NCBI GenBank assembly: GCA_026025075.1
Contig: JAPEUI010000023.1
Location: 172,073-192,072, forward strand
Reading direction: 5' to 3'
Source: Vezdaea acicularis
Taxonomy: Eukaryota
DNA: 20,000 nt
Shown here piece by piece: positions 1 to 10,992 of this stretch; position 1 is the first letter of the stretch; every line of letters starts with the position of its first letter. The translations under genes were made by a program, and so were the position numbers. Under the pieces are notes generated by a model that did not search any database, was not told where the DNA came from, and saw only the letters and a list, made by a program, of their open reading frames with translations.

Positions 1-244
1 ATTCACTATGTATTTCTCCCGGTATTCATGGCTACTTTTCGTCAGCTATGGACATGCAATCAGCTTAGATCAAACCAAAAAAGTGTGATGGAAAATTACA
101 AACGATTCAGGACCTTGCCTCACTATCATGATTCAATCATCGATGTAAATATACAATGGCAGTAGAAGCTTCACTTAAAGGAAATCTGAGAATACCTTCC
201 ATATATTCCGACTGCCTCAGGATACTTTCTTTCCTAATCGTCAT
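1..244 (-). CDS. Possible 5' end of an unidentified multi-exon gene running off the left edge
   Basis: Putative introns 195..123 (GTATTC..TAG, weak branch site) and 99..46 (GTAATT..CTGAT..TAG) join ATG 244 into one open frame: MTIRKESILRQSEYME-VRQGPESF-LTKSSHEYREKYIVN. No family recognised. The start could lie further upstream (the frame is open to 382). Confidence 0.35.
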
Positions 245-503
245 GTTGTTGTATTGAAGGCTTTTAGAATCCGGCCTAGAGTGCATGGCTTGTTGGTGAA
301 AACCTACCGGGGTTGAAATGCGTATTTTAGGGCGAAACAACATCACTACCTTTGAGCATGCTCTAATTGGAAAGGCGTCCATAGATTAGCTATTGTAGCA
401 GCCTCAAAAAAATGTGCATTAGCGGAACCAGTCTTCATCACTCAGAAATCCGCGATTACTAGGGGTTTAACCTTGGGAAAGCGCAGATTCCCTGGTGGAT
501 TAA

Positions 504-1790
504 ATGGCGGTATCAAGGGATCAAGGCCACTTTTTCCAGACTTCGTAAGCTGCCACGGCTTTTGGCTTCTAGCAAATCTAATATGCCTATCATCCAAACA
601 GTTCGGCTCTAGACGAGATCACCCGCAGGGAGAAAAAATCCAAAAATACCCATGGGAACCCTATCGATCTTTCCGCTAAACTTTCCGCTTTAATTCGAGA
701 CCCACATAATGATTCCGCCGTCTATGTCTCTACAGGCTCAGGTGAACTCCGACATGTTGATATTGATGTAGGTGAGAGATATCCCACGACATTCACAATA
801 TCAAGATGTATAAATCTAATTGGAGTCGAATAGACGGGCCACATAGGCAAGCCGTACATTGGATCCAAAGGCCCGTTGACAAGCATCGCTATTTCCCAGC
901 ATAATCTATTCGGTGGTAGCTGGGATAAGAACATATACAGTTGGCGCCTGGACCAAAGAAACCCGCACAATATACTTATAGGGCATAGAGATTTCGTCAA
1001 AGCGCTCCTTCTAATCAGCCGTAGTTCTTCTACCATCCTCATATCTGGCTCCGCCGATGGAACCATAATGATCTGGGACGGCCAGACTGGCTCAAGGCTT
1101 CATGTCCTCAAAACGGAGGGGCGCGGCATATTGTCATTGGCTCTCGATCCCATAGCCAGCGACACTGTAGGTTATCAAGCGGCTGCTACCTCAATAACAT
1201 TCTTTAGCGGCAGTTCAGACCGCGTAATACAACCTTGGACTCTTCACGCCGAAGATGGGTGGAAGAACGACTCTGTAAATCCTCAAACTCCAATCATCCG
1301 CCATGAGACAGGCATCGAAGCCTTGGTATTTGATGACGATGGAGACCTGTGGACCGCTTCGTTCGACAAAACAGCCAAGTGTCTCAATCGAGAGAGGGAC
1401 TGGGCCTGCGATACGGAGCTAGTACATCCGGATTACGTACGGGCAATCTGCATTGACGAGGAGGGCGGCTACGTCGCAACTGCTTGCAGAGACGAGGAGG
1501 TCAGGCTTTGGGACAAGAGCTCTGGTGAACTTATCCACATCTTCTCAGGTCACTATGATGAGGTCGTTGCCCTTGTCTTTCTCGACCGCCTCCGACTTAT
1601 TGTTAGTGCAAGCATTGATGGGACGGTTCGAACATGGTCAACCCATCCTCAGGACATTGAGAAGGCGAAATTAGAAGTCCTGGAAGCAAATGACCCAGAT
1701 AGAGGCGAGATAGTCGAGACTCTAAATGCAGGGGCGATCCTGAGCGTTGAGGAGGAAAAGGAGCTAGAGGATCTAATGGCAGATGACTGA
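504..1790 (+). CDS. WD40-repeat protein, 3 exons (504-544, 602-767, 834-1790)
   Basis: Introns 545-601 (GTAAGC..CTAAT..CAG) and 768-833 (GTAGGT..CTAAT..TAG) give a continuous frame MAVSRDQGHFFQTSSALDEITRREKKSKNTHGNPI... into ORF 876-1790. Several WD repeats are present (GHRDFV..SGSADGTIMIWD; TACRDEEVRLWD; GHYDEV..SASIDGTVRTW), followed by an acidic C-terminal tail. Confidence 0.9.
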
Positions 1791-2619
1791 ATATGAACCA
1801 CCTTATAGCACACAGGGAGATTTAGTATGACATGTCCAAACATTTGAGGCGCTGGCTTCGGCTGGAAGGAGAAATTCCTTGAAGTGCGAGGTTTCATTGT
1901 CTTCCACAGAGAATATGCCCTGATTAGGAAATTTTATGGCGAACGGAAAAATGCTTCTCCGCTTCCGCTCGCTCGCATGGAAAAGTGTGGGGAAAGGTCC
2001 GGCACATCAACAATGACATAAGGGTGGCAAGCGACAGCTTCCGTAGCTTTACCCCTCCCACAATGCCCATAGATCTGAATTTACTCGTTCCCTATCGGTA
2101 GCGGGGATTTTAAGCGCGGTTCAAGGCCCGTGTATCCTCCTATAGAGACATCAGTCTCAGATGAGCTCTTGGGCTCTTGAGCTCCAGCTTGGGCATTCCG
2201 GTTCTGCCTGAAATATTATGGAAGGTGTGTTACAGATCTAGTTTCTGCAATTTGACTTTGTCTTCAAAAACACTGCAATTCCTCGTGCTTTTGAACAAGA
2301 TGCACGGCATCTAAATCCATTGCCGAAGGGTCACATGCAATAGGAGGTCATGTGGCAAATGGCGGGGAAGATCGGCTCATGGGGGCTATATGTCTTGACT
2401 CCCATCTGCAGCTTCAAAAGAAACGTAAAGGCTCACTTTTTGAACCCTAGCGCTCTAAGGCGAACCTCATCGATGCCAAAATACTGTCTTCACGACTGCC
2501 ACTATTTCTACCGCAGCGCTTTGCGCCATCTTAACATTAGCACATCAGTGTGCCCGCTTTATGCCTAGAGGGTTCAGTCACTCTTGCACGTTAATTAATC
2601 ATTGTTTATAGGCTAGAGG

Positions 2620-5207
2620 ATGGCACACGGTGTGACCGACACTCTGGCTGCGGCCAACAGCGAAGATGGTACCGTTCAAAAGGGCACGAATGATCCCCAA
2701 CGCTCTGCCGAAGCTGCTAAGGAATCCACAAAAGCCCTCTCCGAAGCTCAGAAAGACCCATTGACGAACGGCAAATCGCACCAAAAAGCTGGCGTCACGT
2801 TTGCTGCTCAGGACAAGCTTCCGAAACTTCCAATCCCTGATCTCGATAGTTCCTGCAAGAAATATCTCGAAGCATTGGAGCCGCTGCAGACAAACGGCGA
2901 GCACGAAGATACGGTAAACTCAGTGAACGAGTTTCTCAAGGGAGAGGGCCCAGAACTACAAGATAAACTGAAGAAATATGCTACAGATAAGTCTAGCTAT
3001 ATCGAACAGTTCTGTGTGTCCTTGGGTCTTGGAGTCGTAATATGATATGGGCTAAATCCTTGTCTTAGGGTATGACTCGTACTTGAACTACGATGAATCT
3101 GTTGTGCTTAACTTGAATCCGTTCTTCCTTCTCGAGGATGATCCGACTCCGGCTCGTAATAACCAAGTTACTCGCGCCGCATCCCTGGTCATATCTGCCC
3201 TTTCATTCGTCCGAGCAGTCCGCAGGGAAGAGCTTCCGCCTGACACCATACGCGGGGCCCCTCTCTGCATGTTTCAATACTCCCGTATTTTTGGCACTGC
3301 TCGCATTCCCACTGATCATGGATGCCAAATCGGGCAAGATGATGGCGCGAAGCATATGGTGGTCTTGTGCAGGGGACAGTTCTACTGGTTCGACGTGCTG
3401 GACGACAATTCCGACTTGATCATGACAGAAAAGGACCTTGCCGTCAACCTTCAGGTCGTGGTAGATGACGCGGCGCAAACACCTATCCATGAAGCAGCTA
3501 AAGGTGCTCTCGGTGTTCTTTCCACGGAGAATCGCAAAACTTGGGCTGGGCTGAGAGACGTCTTGACACAGGAGAAAGGATCAAATAACGCCGAGTGCCT
3601 TGGAATCGTTGACTCGGCGTTGTTCATTCTGTGTCTGGACTATACTTCCCCATCGCCGGGGGCGGACCTTTGCATGAACATGCTTTGCGGCAGCAGCGAA
3701 GTAGTCAAAGGAGTTCAAGTTGGCACCTGTACAAACCGTTGGTACGACAAACTACAAATAATAGTCTGCGAGAACGGCTCCGCTGGAATCAACTTTGAGC
3801 ACACGGGCGTCGATGGGCATACAGTCCTGCGAATGACCAGCGACGTGTACACCGATACCATCCTGCGTTTTGCAAAGACGATCAACGGGCAAGCCCCTTC
3901 TCTGTGGGCATCCACTTCACCCGACCCCTCGAAGCGCGACCCCGAGAGCTTTGGCGACGTGAGCACCACCCCCCACAAGCTCGAGTGGGACATGCAGCCC
4001 GAGCTACAGACGGCCCTACGTTTCGCCGAGACCCGGCTCGCAGACCTAATCCAGCAGAACGAATTCGCCACTCTGGATTTCGGCGGATACGGCAAGAACT
4101 TCATGACCAGCATGGGCTTCTCGCCCGATGCGTTCGTGCAGATGGCCTTCCAAGCCGCGTATTACGGGCTCTACGGCCGCGTCGAATGTGTGTATGAACC
4201 CGCCATGACGAAGATCTTCCTGCACGGCCGCACGGAAGCCATCCGCGCCGTGACCAACGAGTCCGTCGACTTCGTCAAGACGTTCTGGGGCGAGAACCCG
4301 CCGGCGCAAAAGGTCGAGAAGCTGAAAAAAGCGTGCTTGAATCACACCCGCATCACGAAAGAGTGTAGTAAGGCCCAAGGCCAGGATCGGCATCTCTACG
4401 CTCTCTACTGCGTCTGGCAGCGCGTGATGGACGGCCGCATCCCCGACGATGCCGAACAGAGCCCTCCCAATGGCGGCGCTTCAAGATCAGATACCGAGCC
4501 GGAGAAAGCCTCACACGAACGCTCCACCTCCAGCACCTCCGATGAGCGCGCCGCGAAACCCAAGAAAAAGCCAGACCAAGCATCAGTGATGCCCCTCATC
4601 TTCGCGGACGCGGGCTGGGCTCGCCTGAACAACACCATCCTCTCGACGTCCAACTGCGGCAACCCGTCCCTGCGCCAATTCGGCTTCGGCCCCACCTCCC
4701 CCGACGGCTTCGGCATCGGCTACATCATCAAAGACGACAGCGTCAGCATCTGCGCCAGCAGCAAACATCGCCAGACCAAGCGCTTTGTCGATGCCATCGA
4801 GGCGTATTTCAGTGAGATCAGGAGACTGCTCAAGATGACGACGAAGGGGAGTAGGCTTAAGAGTAGTCGCGCGAGGGAAGTGGAGACGCAGCGGTTGGGC
4901 AGGAGAGTAGGCGGGGAGAAGGAGAGGGTGCAGGAGAGTGAGGAGAGTGAGGAGGAAGAGGATGATGGGCTTGGTGGTTGTAAGTTCTCTTTCACTTTCT
5001 CTCTCTCTTGCTGTTCACGAACCGTATATCGTGTAGTGGTGATCTGAGGGAGCTGACTTTTATCAAATCGTAGATGGCTTCTTCGATACCGGAACCCTTC
5101 GCGCCGCCCTCAAGTCCGGCGAGGACGCGAAGCAGAAACCTAGCGAGCGAGCGGCTGTTAATGCGCGGAGGCAAGTGGGGAAGAAGCTCCGTCTCGACGA
5201 GTACTGA
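2620..5207 (+). CDS. facC: Carnitine O-acetyltransferase, cytosolic Yat1/FacC type, 3 exons (2620-3013, 3069-4979, 5074-5207)
   Basis: Family motifs LPKLPIPDL, NRWYDK, catalytic FEHTGVDGH, SPDAFVQMAFQ, GRTEAIR, GQDRHL and LSTSNCG. Intron 3014-3068 restores YIEQFWYDSYL. Intron 4980-5073 (GTAAGT..CTGAC..TAG) gives the C-terminus GGYGFFD...VGKKLRLDEY*. There is no PTS1 and no obvious mitochondrial presequence. Confidence 0.93.
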
Positions 5208-5461
5208 GGAAAGGGGGGTTTTGATTCGCGGGCTAGTCACGTGGAGGAATGGGGGGAAAGGGGGGCCAGATATGATATGTATGATTGTATGTATGTATGT
5301 GACGATGTGACTATATTTGGGGATGCCGTCCGCTTGTCCCCGTGGGGTGTTTATCCTGAACGCCTCTTACAGTAAATAGAGAAATTCCCGCTTATTCATT
5401 TGCACGTCCGCCTCGCGCTCAACCTTTGCTCCCGGCCTCCCCGTCCCCCACTCCTCCCACC

Positions 5462-7009
5462 TCACAAACTCGCCTTACCCCGCGGCTCAAACGGGAGAAT
5501 GATAGCCAAAAGGCCGGCGGCGATGAACAGGGCGCCGCTGACGTAGACGGGGGCGGCGGAGTTGAGATTGGCGTAGATGGCGATAATAGGGGCCATGATG
5601 CCGAAGATGCGATTGGCCATGGCGGTGAGGGCGTTGCCGGTGCCGCGGTCCTTGGTGGGGAAGATCTCGGGGGTGTAGGCGTAGAGGACGGCATACATGA
5701 TATTGCTCATGAAGTTATAGGCGCAGTTCCAGCCGAGGAGAGAGTTGCTGGTGGTGGCGGTGGTGCTGCAGAAGAGGAAGACGCCGGTGAGGGCGGTGGA
5801 GGTGGCGAGGGCGCCTTTGCGGCCGAAGCGGGGGAGTTGGACGAGGATGCCGCCGAGGAGGGCGCCGGGGACGCCGAGGACGGCGATGATGAGTAGGTTG
5901 CGGTAGGTGAGGTAGGTGGAGGAGTCGCCGAATTTGAGGCCGCGCGTGGCTTGGATGTAGGGCAGGAAGGCGTTGTAGAGGGGGAAGCCGAGGCCGATGA
6001 AGGCCCAGATGAGCATGATGAGGGAGGTGGAGTAGGCGAGTTTGGGGGAGGCGAAGAGGGCGCGGACGTGGGTGAGGTTGATCTTTTCGAGTTTGCGGCG
6101 GAGCGCGGCGGCGGCGTCGGTGCCCTGCGCGGAGTGTCCCGCCAGGCCGTTGTGTAGCTCGAGGTCGGCGAGGGTGAGGGAGGAGACCTTGCCGTTGCGG
6201 CGGGCGACCTCGTGCACGACCTGGACGGCGTCGGCGTCGCGGCCTTTGCCCATGAGGTACTTGGGCGACTCGTACAGGGTGAAGACGACGAAGCGGAGGA
6301 TGAACATGACCATGGCGAGGCCGCCCATGGTGAGCATGAAGTAGCGCCAGCCGCGGTTGTCGTGGCGGGTGCAGACCTTGGCGCCCTCCTGGCAGGTGAA
6401 GTTGCCGAGGAGGGGCCAGGCGACGAGGGTAGCGATGACCTGGGCAAAGGCCCAGAAGATGGAGAGGACGGTGAGGAGGTACTGGTGGGAGCCGGGGAGG
6501 AATTCGAGGAAGACGGCGGAGTCGACGGGGAGGTTGCCGCCGACGCCGACGCTCCACAGAGCCGCGAAGACGCCGATGGCGGCGAAGTTGGGGCTGCCCG
6601 CCGCGATGAGGCCAAAGACGGAGGTGACGCCGATGGTGAGGTTGAAGGCCCAGCGCCGGCCGAAGACGTCGCAGCCGAAGCCCCAGAAGACGGCGCCGAC
6701 GAGGAGGCCGATGTTCTGTGAGAGCGAGAGGAGCGGCGGCTTCGTCGGGTGGAACTCGTTCGTGATGGGCGTGAGGATGAGCGAGGTCACGATCGGCCAG
6801 AGGTTGTCGCTGCCCCAGCCGAAGCCGACCAGGACGAAGAGCTGCCATTGGTACCGGCCCATGCCGATTTGCTGGATGGCATTGTTGAGGGTGATGGCTT
6901 TGGCTTCGTAGACGGGGTCGATGGTGCCCTTGGGAATGGCGGGGGCGGGGGCGTCTTCGAGCAAGCTGGGCGCGACGACCGACTCGTCCTTCTCTTTGGC
7001 GTCCGCCAT
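5462..7009 (-). CDS. MFS transporter (SV2/sugar-porter-like), intronless, 515 aa
   Basis: About 12 hydrophobic segments, motif A-like GFGCDVFGRRWAF and RFGRKG, plus LYESPKYL and YTPEIFPTKDRGTG. Strong C-ending codon bias. Substrate cannot be determined from the sequence. Confidence 0.93.
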   Translation of the reverse strand: MADAKEKDESVVAPSLLEDAPAPAIPKGTIDPVYEAKAITLNNAIQQIGMGRYQWQLFVLVGFGWGSDNLWPIVTSLILTPITNEFHPTKPPLLSLSQNIGLLVGAVFWGFGCDVFGRRWAFNLTIGVTSVFGLIAAGSPNFAAIGVFAALWSVGVGGNLPVDSAVFLEFLPGSHQYLLTVLSIFWAFAQVIATLVAWPLLGNFTCQEGAKVCTRHDNRGWRYFMLTMGGLAMVMFILRFVVFTLYESPKYLMGKGRDADAVQVVHEVARRNGKVSSLTLADLELHNGLAGHSAQGTDAAAALRRKLEKINLTHVRALFASPKLAYSTSLIMLIWAFIGLGFPLYNAFLPYIQATRGLKFGDSSTYLTYRNLLIIAVLGVPGALLGGILVQLPRFGRKGALATSTALTGVFLFCSTTATTSNSLLGWNCAYNFMSNIMYAVLYAYTPEIFPTKDRGTGNALTAMANRIFGIMAPIIAIYANLNSAAPVYVSGALFIAAGLLAIILPFEPRGKASL

Positions 7010-7038
7010 GTTTTGTCCGTTTCACCAAGCCACGAGGC

Positions 7039-7135
7039 TTGTTGTTGTTGTGGTTGTTGTTGTCGTCGCTGCTGCTGCTGCTGGTGCTATTGCTGCTGCA
7101 TCAATCGACGCTGCTAACGCTGCTGCTGCTGCTTC
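7039..7135. repeat. Compound imperfect trinucleotide microsatellite (TTG)n/(GCT)n in the MFS 5' leader
   Basis: Directly visible runs ttgttgttgttg..., gctgctgctgctgctg..., with a duplicated unit tgctgctgc(a/t)tcaatcg. Confidence 0.85.
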
Positions 7136-7987
7136 AATCGTCGTTGCTCGTATCAAGTCTACGACCTGAACCCTTCATCAGCCAAACACCGAAACTAGAG
7201 ACTCGAGCGTCGAGGAACGTGGGTCGTAGATCTACTTTGTACCAACCCCCCTCACGCCCGTTGCGCCATCCGGTGGCCCTCGCTCGTGATGTTTAAACGA
7301 AACGACATATCCAGGGTATCATTGCATCATTTCCGCGTCTCTTCCCCGTGTGTACTACGTAGTAGCGTGTCCCGTACCAAAAGCAAAAAAAAAGCCCCCC
7401 CCGCGGCCGTTCGCAAAAAGGCGTTCAGTAGAACAAACGGTGCGGGATCTACGCACAAAAATAAGCGTGATTGGGCCTCGCATCCCGCGATTGCGAAAAT
7501 CTGATAGGGCCGTGAAAGGTGTTTTGTGGGTGGGTGGTGGGGTTGTTGCGAGATGGATTGTCGTGCAAAGAGTTGCTTATTGCCGCATGCCGATAGCTTT
7601 ACGTTATCGCACCCAATCAGACATGGCGGGGGCGCCGCGGATCGGCAAGCCTTCTGCACCACCAACCCAACCACGCCAACCACCACCACCAGTTCGCGAA
7701 TGGATGCCGCAGCGCCTCCGGCAGCACTTGCGCAGCGCATCGTCGGATAACCCCAACGCAAAAACCTTGTGCTCACGTGATCAGATGGGAAATCCACGTG
7801 ACGGGGTGCTTTCTGTGTTGCGTTTGAAAAAAAGAGGATTTTCATGAAAATCTACCACAATATCCAACCGCCTCCCTGCCATCCTCCTTTTCCCCTCTCC
7901 GTCTCTCCATCTTCCCTCCCCTCTCATCCCCCTTCCATCCCCTCTTTCCTCCCCTCCCCGTTCCCAAAACAGCCCAAAACCCACACT

Positions 7988-10900
7988 CTACCTTGGCACC
8001 AAAACCCCCACCTCCCTCTCCTCCACCCTCGGCAGGGCCTCCCGCAACTTCTCCAACCTGAGCCTCTCCTCCGCCACCAAGTCCAACTTGCGACAAACAC
8101 CTCTAGGTTCGCAGAGCCAGATACCCTTCTCTTTGCCCCCCTGCGGGTGGAGCTGGGATAGCCACTGTGCGTCTTCATCTTGTTCTGTCTGCTTACTCGC
8201 GCTGGGGGCTTCGCTGGATGCTTCGCTGGATGCTTCAGCAGCACGAGAAGAAATCCACACCAACGTCTCCCCCACGCGAACACCCGCGCGCCACCGAGCG
8301 ATCCAGTCAACAACCAATGGATCGCGGCCGCGGGCGAGGTATGCGTATCCCGCGATTTTAGACGAAGGAGAGAGAGTAGGCGCGCTCATGGACGAAACGA
8401 CGATACCTTCCATGCACCCCGGAAAGAGGCCGGGGTGTTGGGCGATCTCGACTTCGAAGGCGGCGAGGGTTGAGAGGGCGAGGGTTGTGTATGTTGCTGC
8501 TGGCGGGGCTTGGGCAGCTGTGCCGGTGTTGGTGTGGATAGCTTCGTTGTTGCTGCTTTTGCTGCTGGTGCTGGATGGAGAAGCGGAGGAGTGCCCGAGG
8601 AGGTTCGACAAGCGGAATAAGTTTAGGACGGAGAGGGCGTTGGGAGAGGGTTCGGTGGTGTCCATGCCTGGTTTCAGGCGGAGGAGGGAGAGGAGTTGAG
8701 GCGTGTGTGTTTGGAGGTGGGGGGAGGTGGAGTAGTAGCCGCCGCTGCTGGGGGCGGGGTGGGAGGGAAGGGGGGAGGTGGGATGGAAGGGGTCGATGAA
8801 GGGGGAGGAGGGCGCGCCGCCGGTAAGTGGTTGTGAGGAGGGGGCGAGGAAGTAGTTGTTTTGGAGGTCTGGATGGGGGGGATGGTTAGTTTGTGGAACG
8901 TTGGGTAGGGGACGTAAAGAGGAAAGGGGAAGCCGAAGAACAGACTTGCTCCACGAGAAAGGGCAAAGAAAGTAGCGGGGGAGAAAATTTCCCCAAACGA
9001 TTGAACAACGAAAAAGGGATAAATAAGACAGAGCACCCACCCATCAACTCGCCCGCCCAGCGCAACCACTCCGCCTCAGCCGTCGCATGATACAGCTCGA
9101 TACAGCCATGCACCACCGCCGCATAATCATCCAAAAAGCCCTCCGTCTCGCCGAGCTTGCCCCCCTGCCACACGCGATAGAGGATCTTCCTGTCAGGACT
9201 CCACATCTCCGTCTTCAGGAACCTTGCGGCGCCCTTCGCCGCCTTGATCCAGGCCCGGCTTTTGTCCTCATCAACACCCTTCAACGCGCCGCCCGCGCGC
9301 GCGAGCGAGGCGATCGCGAGCCCGTTCCACGCCGCGACGACCTTGTCGTCCAAGCCGGGCAAGGGACGATTGCGGGCGCGCCAGTCGCGGATGGCGTGGC
9401 GGGCGGCGCGTAGCGTGGCGACGATGTCTTTCTCGTCGATGCCGAGGTCCTTGGCGAGGTGGGAGGGCGTGCGTACGATGTGCAGCACGTTCTGCGAGAG
9501 GAGGTCGTCGTGCGGGTCGTGCTCGGAGGGGATATTTCCGTTTGGAGAGATGTTGTAGAAGGTGCTGACGACTTCGAGGGCGGAGGAGGACGAGAGCGGG
9601 ATGGCAGGGGGAGGAGAGTTTGGTGGGGGCGGAGGGGCGGAGGAGAGGATCGTAGAGAGGGTCTTGTAGGTTAGCACGTAGAAGGCGCCTTCGCGCTTGA
9701 GGTCGTCCGTGGGTGTGGGGAGCGAGTCGGCGTCCTCGCTCGAGTAGAATGCGCCTTCAGGGGAATGGAGGCGGGATGTGAGGAGGTAGCTGGCGGTAGA
9801 GTAGACGGCGCCGAGCATTTCAGGGTCGCCGCCGAGGAGGAACGCGTCCAGGTAGCATCCCAACAGCTGCGCGTTGTCGACGAGCATCTTCTCAAAGTGC
9901 GGGAGCGCCCAGTCAGCCGTGACGCTGTACCGGTGGAAACCGCCCCCTATGTGATCGTGAATGCCGCCGCGCGCCATCGCACGAAGCGTATGCGTCGCCA
10001 TAGCGAGCGCATTTGCAACTTCGGTGGGCCCGACAATGTCGTGTGCGGCGGCGGGGAAGGCGGAGAGGCGCAGGAGAAAAGACAGGTTGGGCGGCGTGGG
10101 GAATTTAGGGGCGAGGCTGAAGCCGCCGTGCTCGCTGTCGAAACGTGTGCTAAAGTGCTGGTATGCCTCTTCGAGGAGGTCGAGCTCGAGTACTTCTTCA
10201 CCGCTGTGGCCATTGCCATTGCCGTCCCAGCGGTCTGCACCACCCAGCGTCCCTTCTTCGGCGAAGCTGCGCAGCTGGTCCAGAATCTCCTTTGCGGATT
10301 GTCTGCATCGACCTTCCTGTTCTATCCACACATCGCGTATTTTCTTGAGCACGTCCAAGAAACCCACTTGTTCGCCCACGGCGCCGACAAGCGTGTGCGG
10401 CATGTTGCTATTCGGCCCCGGCCAGTACGTACCGCCAAACACAGGCTCGAGGTCGGGGGTGACGAAGACATTGAGAGGCCAGCCGCCGGTGCCCGTCGTG
10501 GCTTGGACGTAGTTCATGTAGATCCTGTCGACGTCGGGGCGCTCTTCGCGGTCGACCTTGATGGGGATGAAGTGGTTGTTGAGGAGAGAAGCGATCGAGG
10601 CGTCGTTGAAGGATTCACGCTCCATGACATGACACCCTGAGACAGCATCGTCAGACGGCAAGCTCAGTATAAAAAGGAAGGAAAAGTGAATTTGTATTCT
10701 CATTCGTACAGTGGCATGCTGCGTAGCCGATACTAAGGAAGATCAGGCGGTTGTGCTTCTTGGCCAGCGATATGGCTTCGTCCCCCCACATCTGCCATGC
10801 CACCGGGTTGTTCATATGCCCCCGTACCTACGATCATGAGCGATCAGCAAATATTCTATAATCCAAGGGTCTCCATGAGTGACTTACATAGGGACTGCGA

Positions 10901-10992
10901 CTCTCCGCTAGCTTGTTCGTCAGGTGAAGCTTCTTCGACGTTGCCGCCGCGCCATCCCCGCGGCCCCCTCTGTGCGGCGTGATGCTCGCCAT
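7988..10992 (-). CDS. YyaL/SPATA20 (SSP411, DUF255) thioredoxin-like plus (alpha/alpha)6 glycosidase-like protein, 4 exons (10992-10888, 10827-10710, 10636-9041, 8868-7988)
   Basis: Splicing restores [42 protein letters not shown] (CxxC), [46 protein letters not shown] and DTTEPSPN. Introns are 10887-10828 (GTAAGT..TAG), 10709-10637 (GTACGA..CAG) and 9040-8869 (GTGGGT..CTAAC..CAG). Confidence 0.93.

Noticed and set aside
2095..2142. GGTTCAAG resembling a tRNA T-loop / B-box
   Set aside because: The T-stem does not pair properly, and no acceptor stem, D arm or anticodon arm can be built.
4980..5047. ORF-track C-terminus CKFSFTF...VVVI of the carnitine acetyltransferase
   Set aside because: It is read-through into a canonical intron; splicing gives the family-typical GYGFFD...KKLRL end.
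5419..7117. Long overlapping ORFs (302 aa, 437 aa and antisense frames) over the MFS gene
   Set aside because: Shadow ORFs caused by extreme GC3 bias, with low-complexity Arg/Pro/Ser products.
8088..10640. Antisense ORFs over the YyaL gene and its apparent split into two ORFs
   Set aside because: The antisense frames are GC shadows. The split is explained by intron 9040-8869, not by a frameshift or pseudogene.
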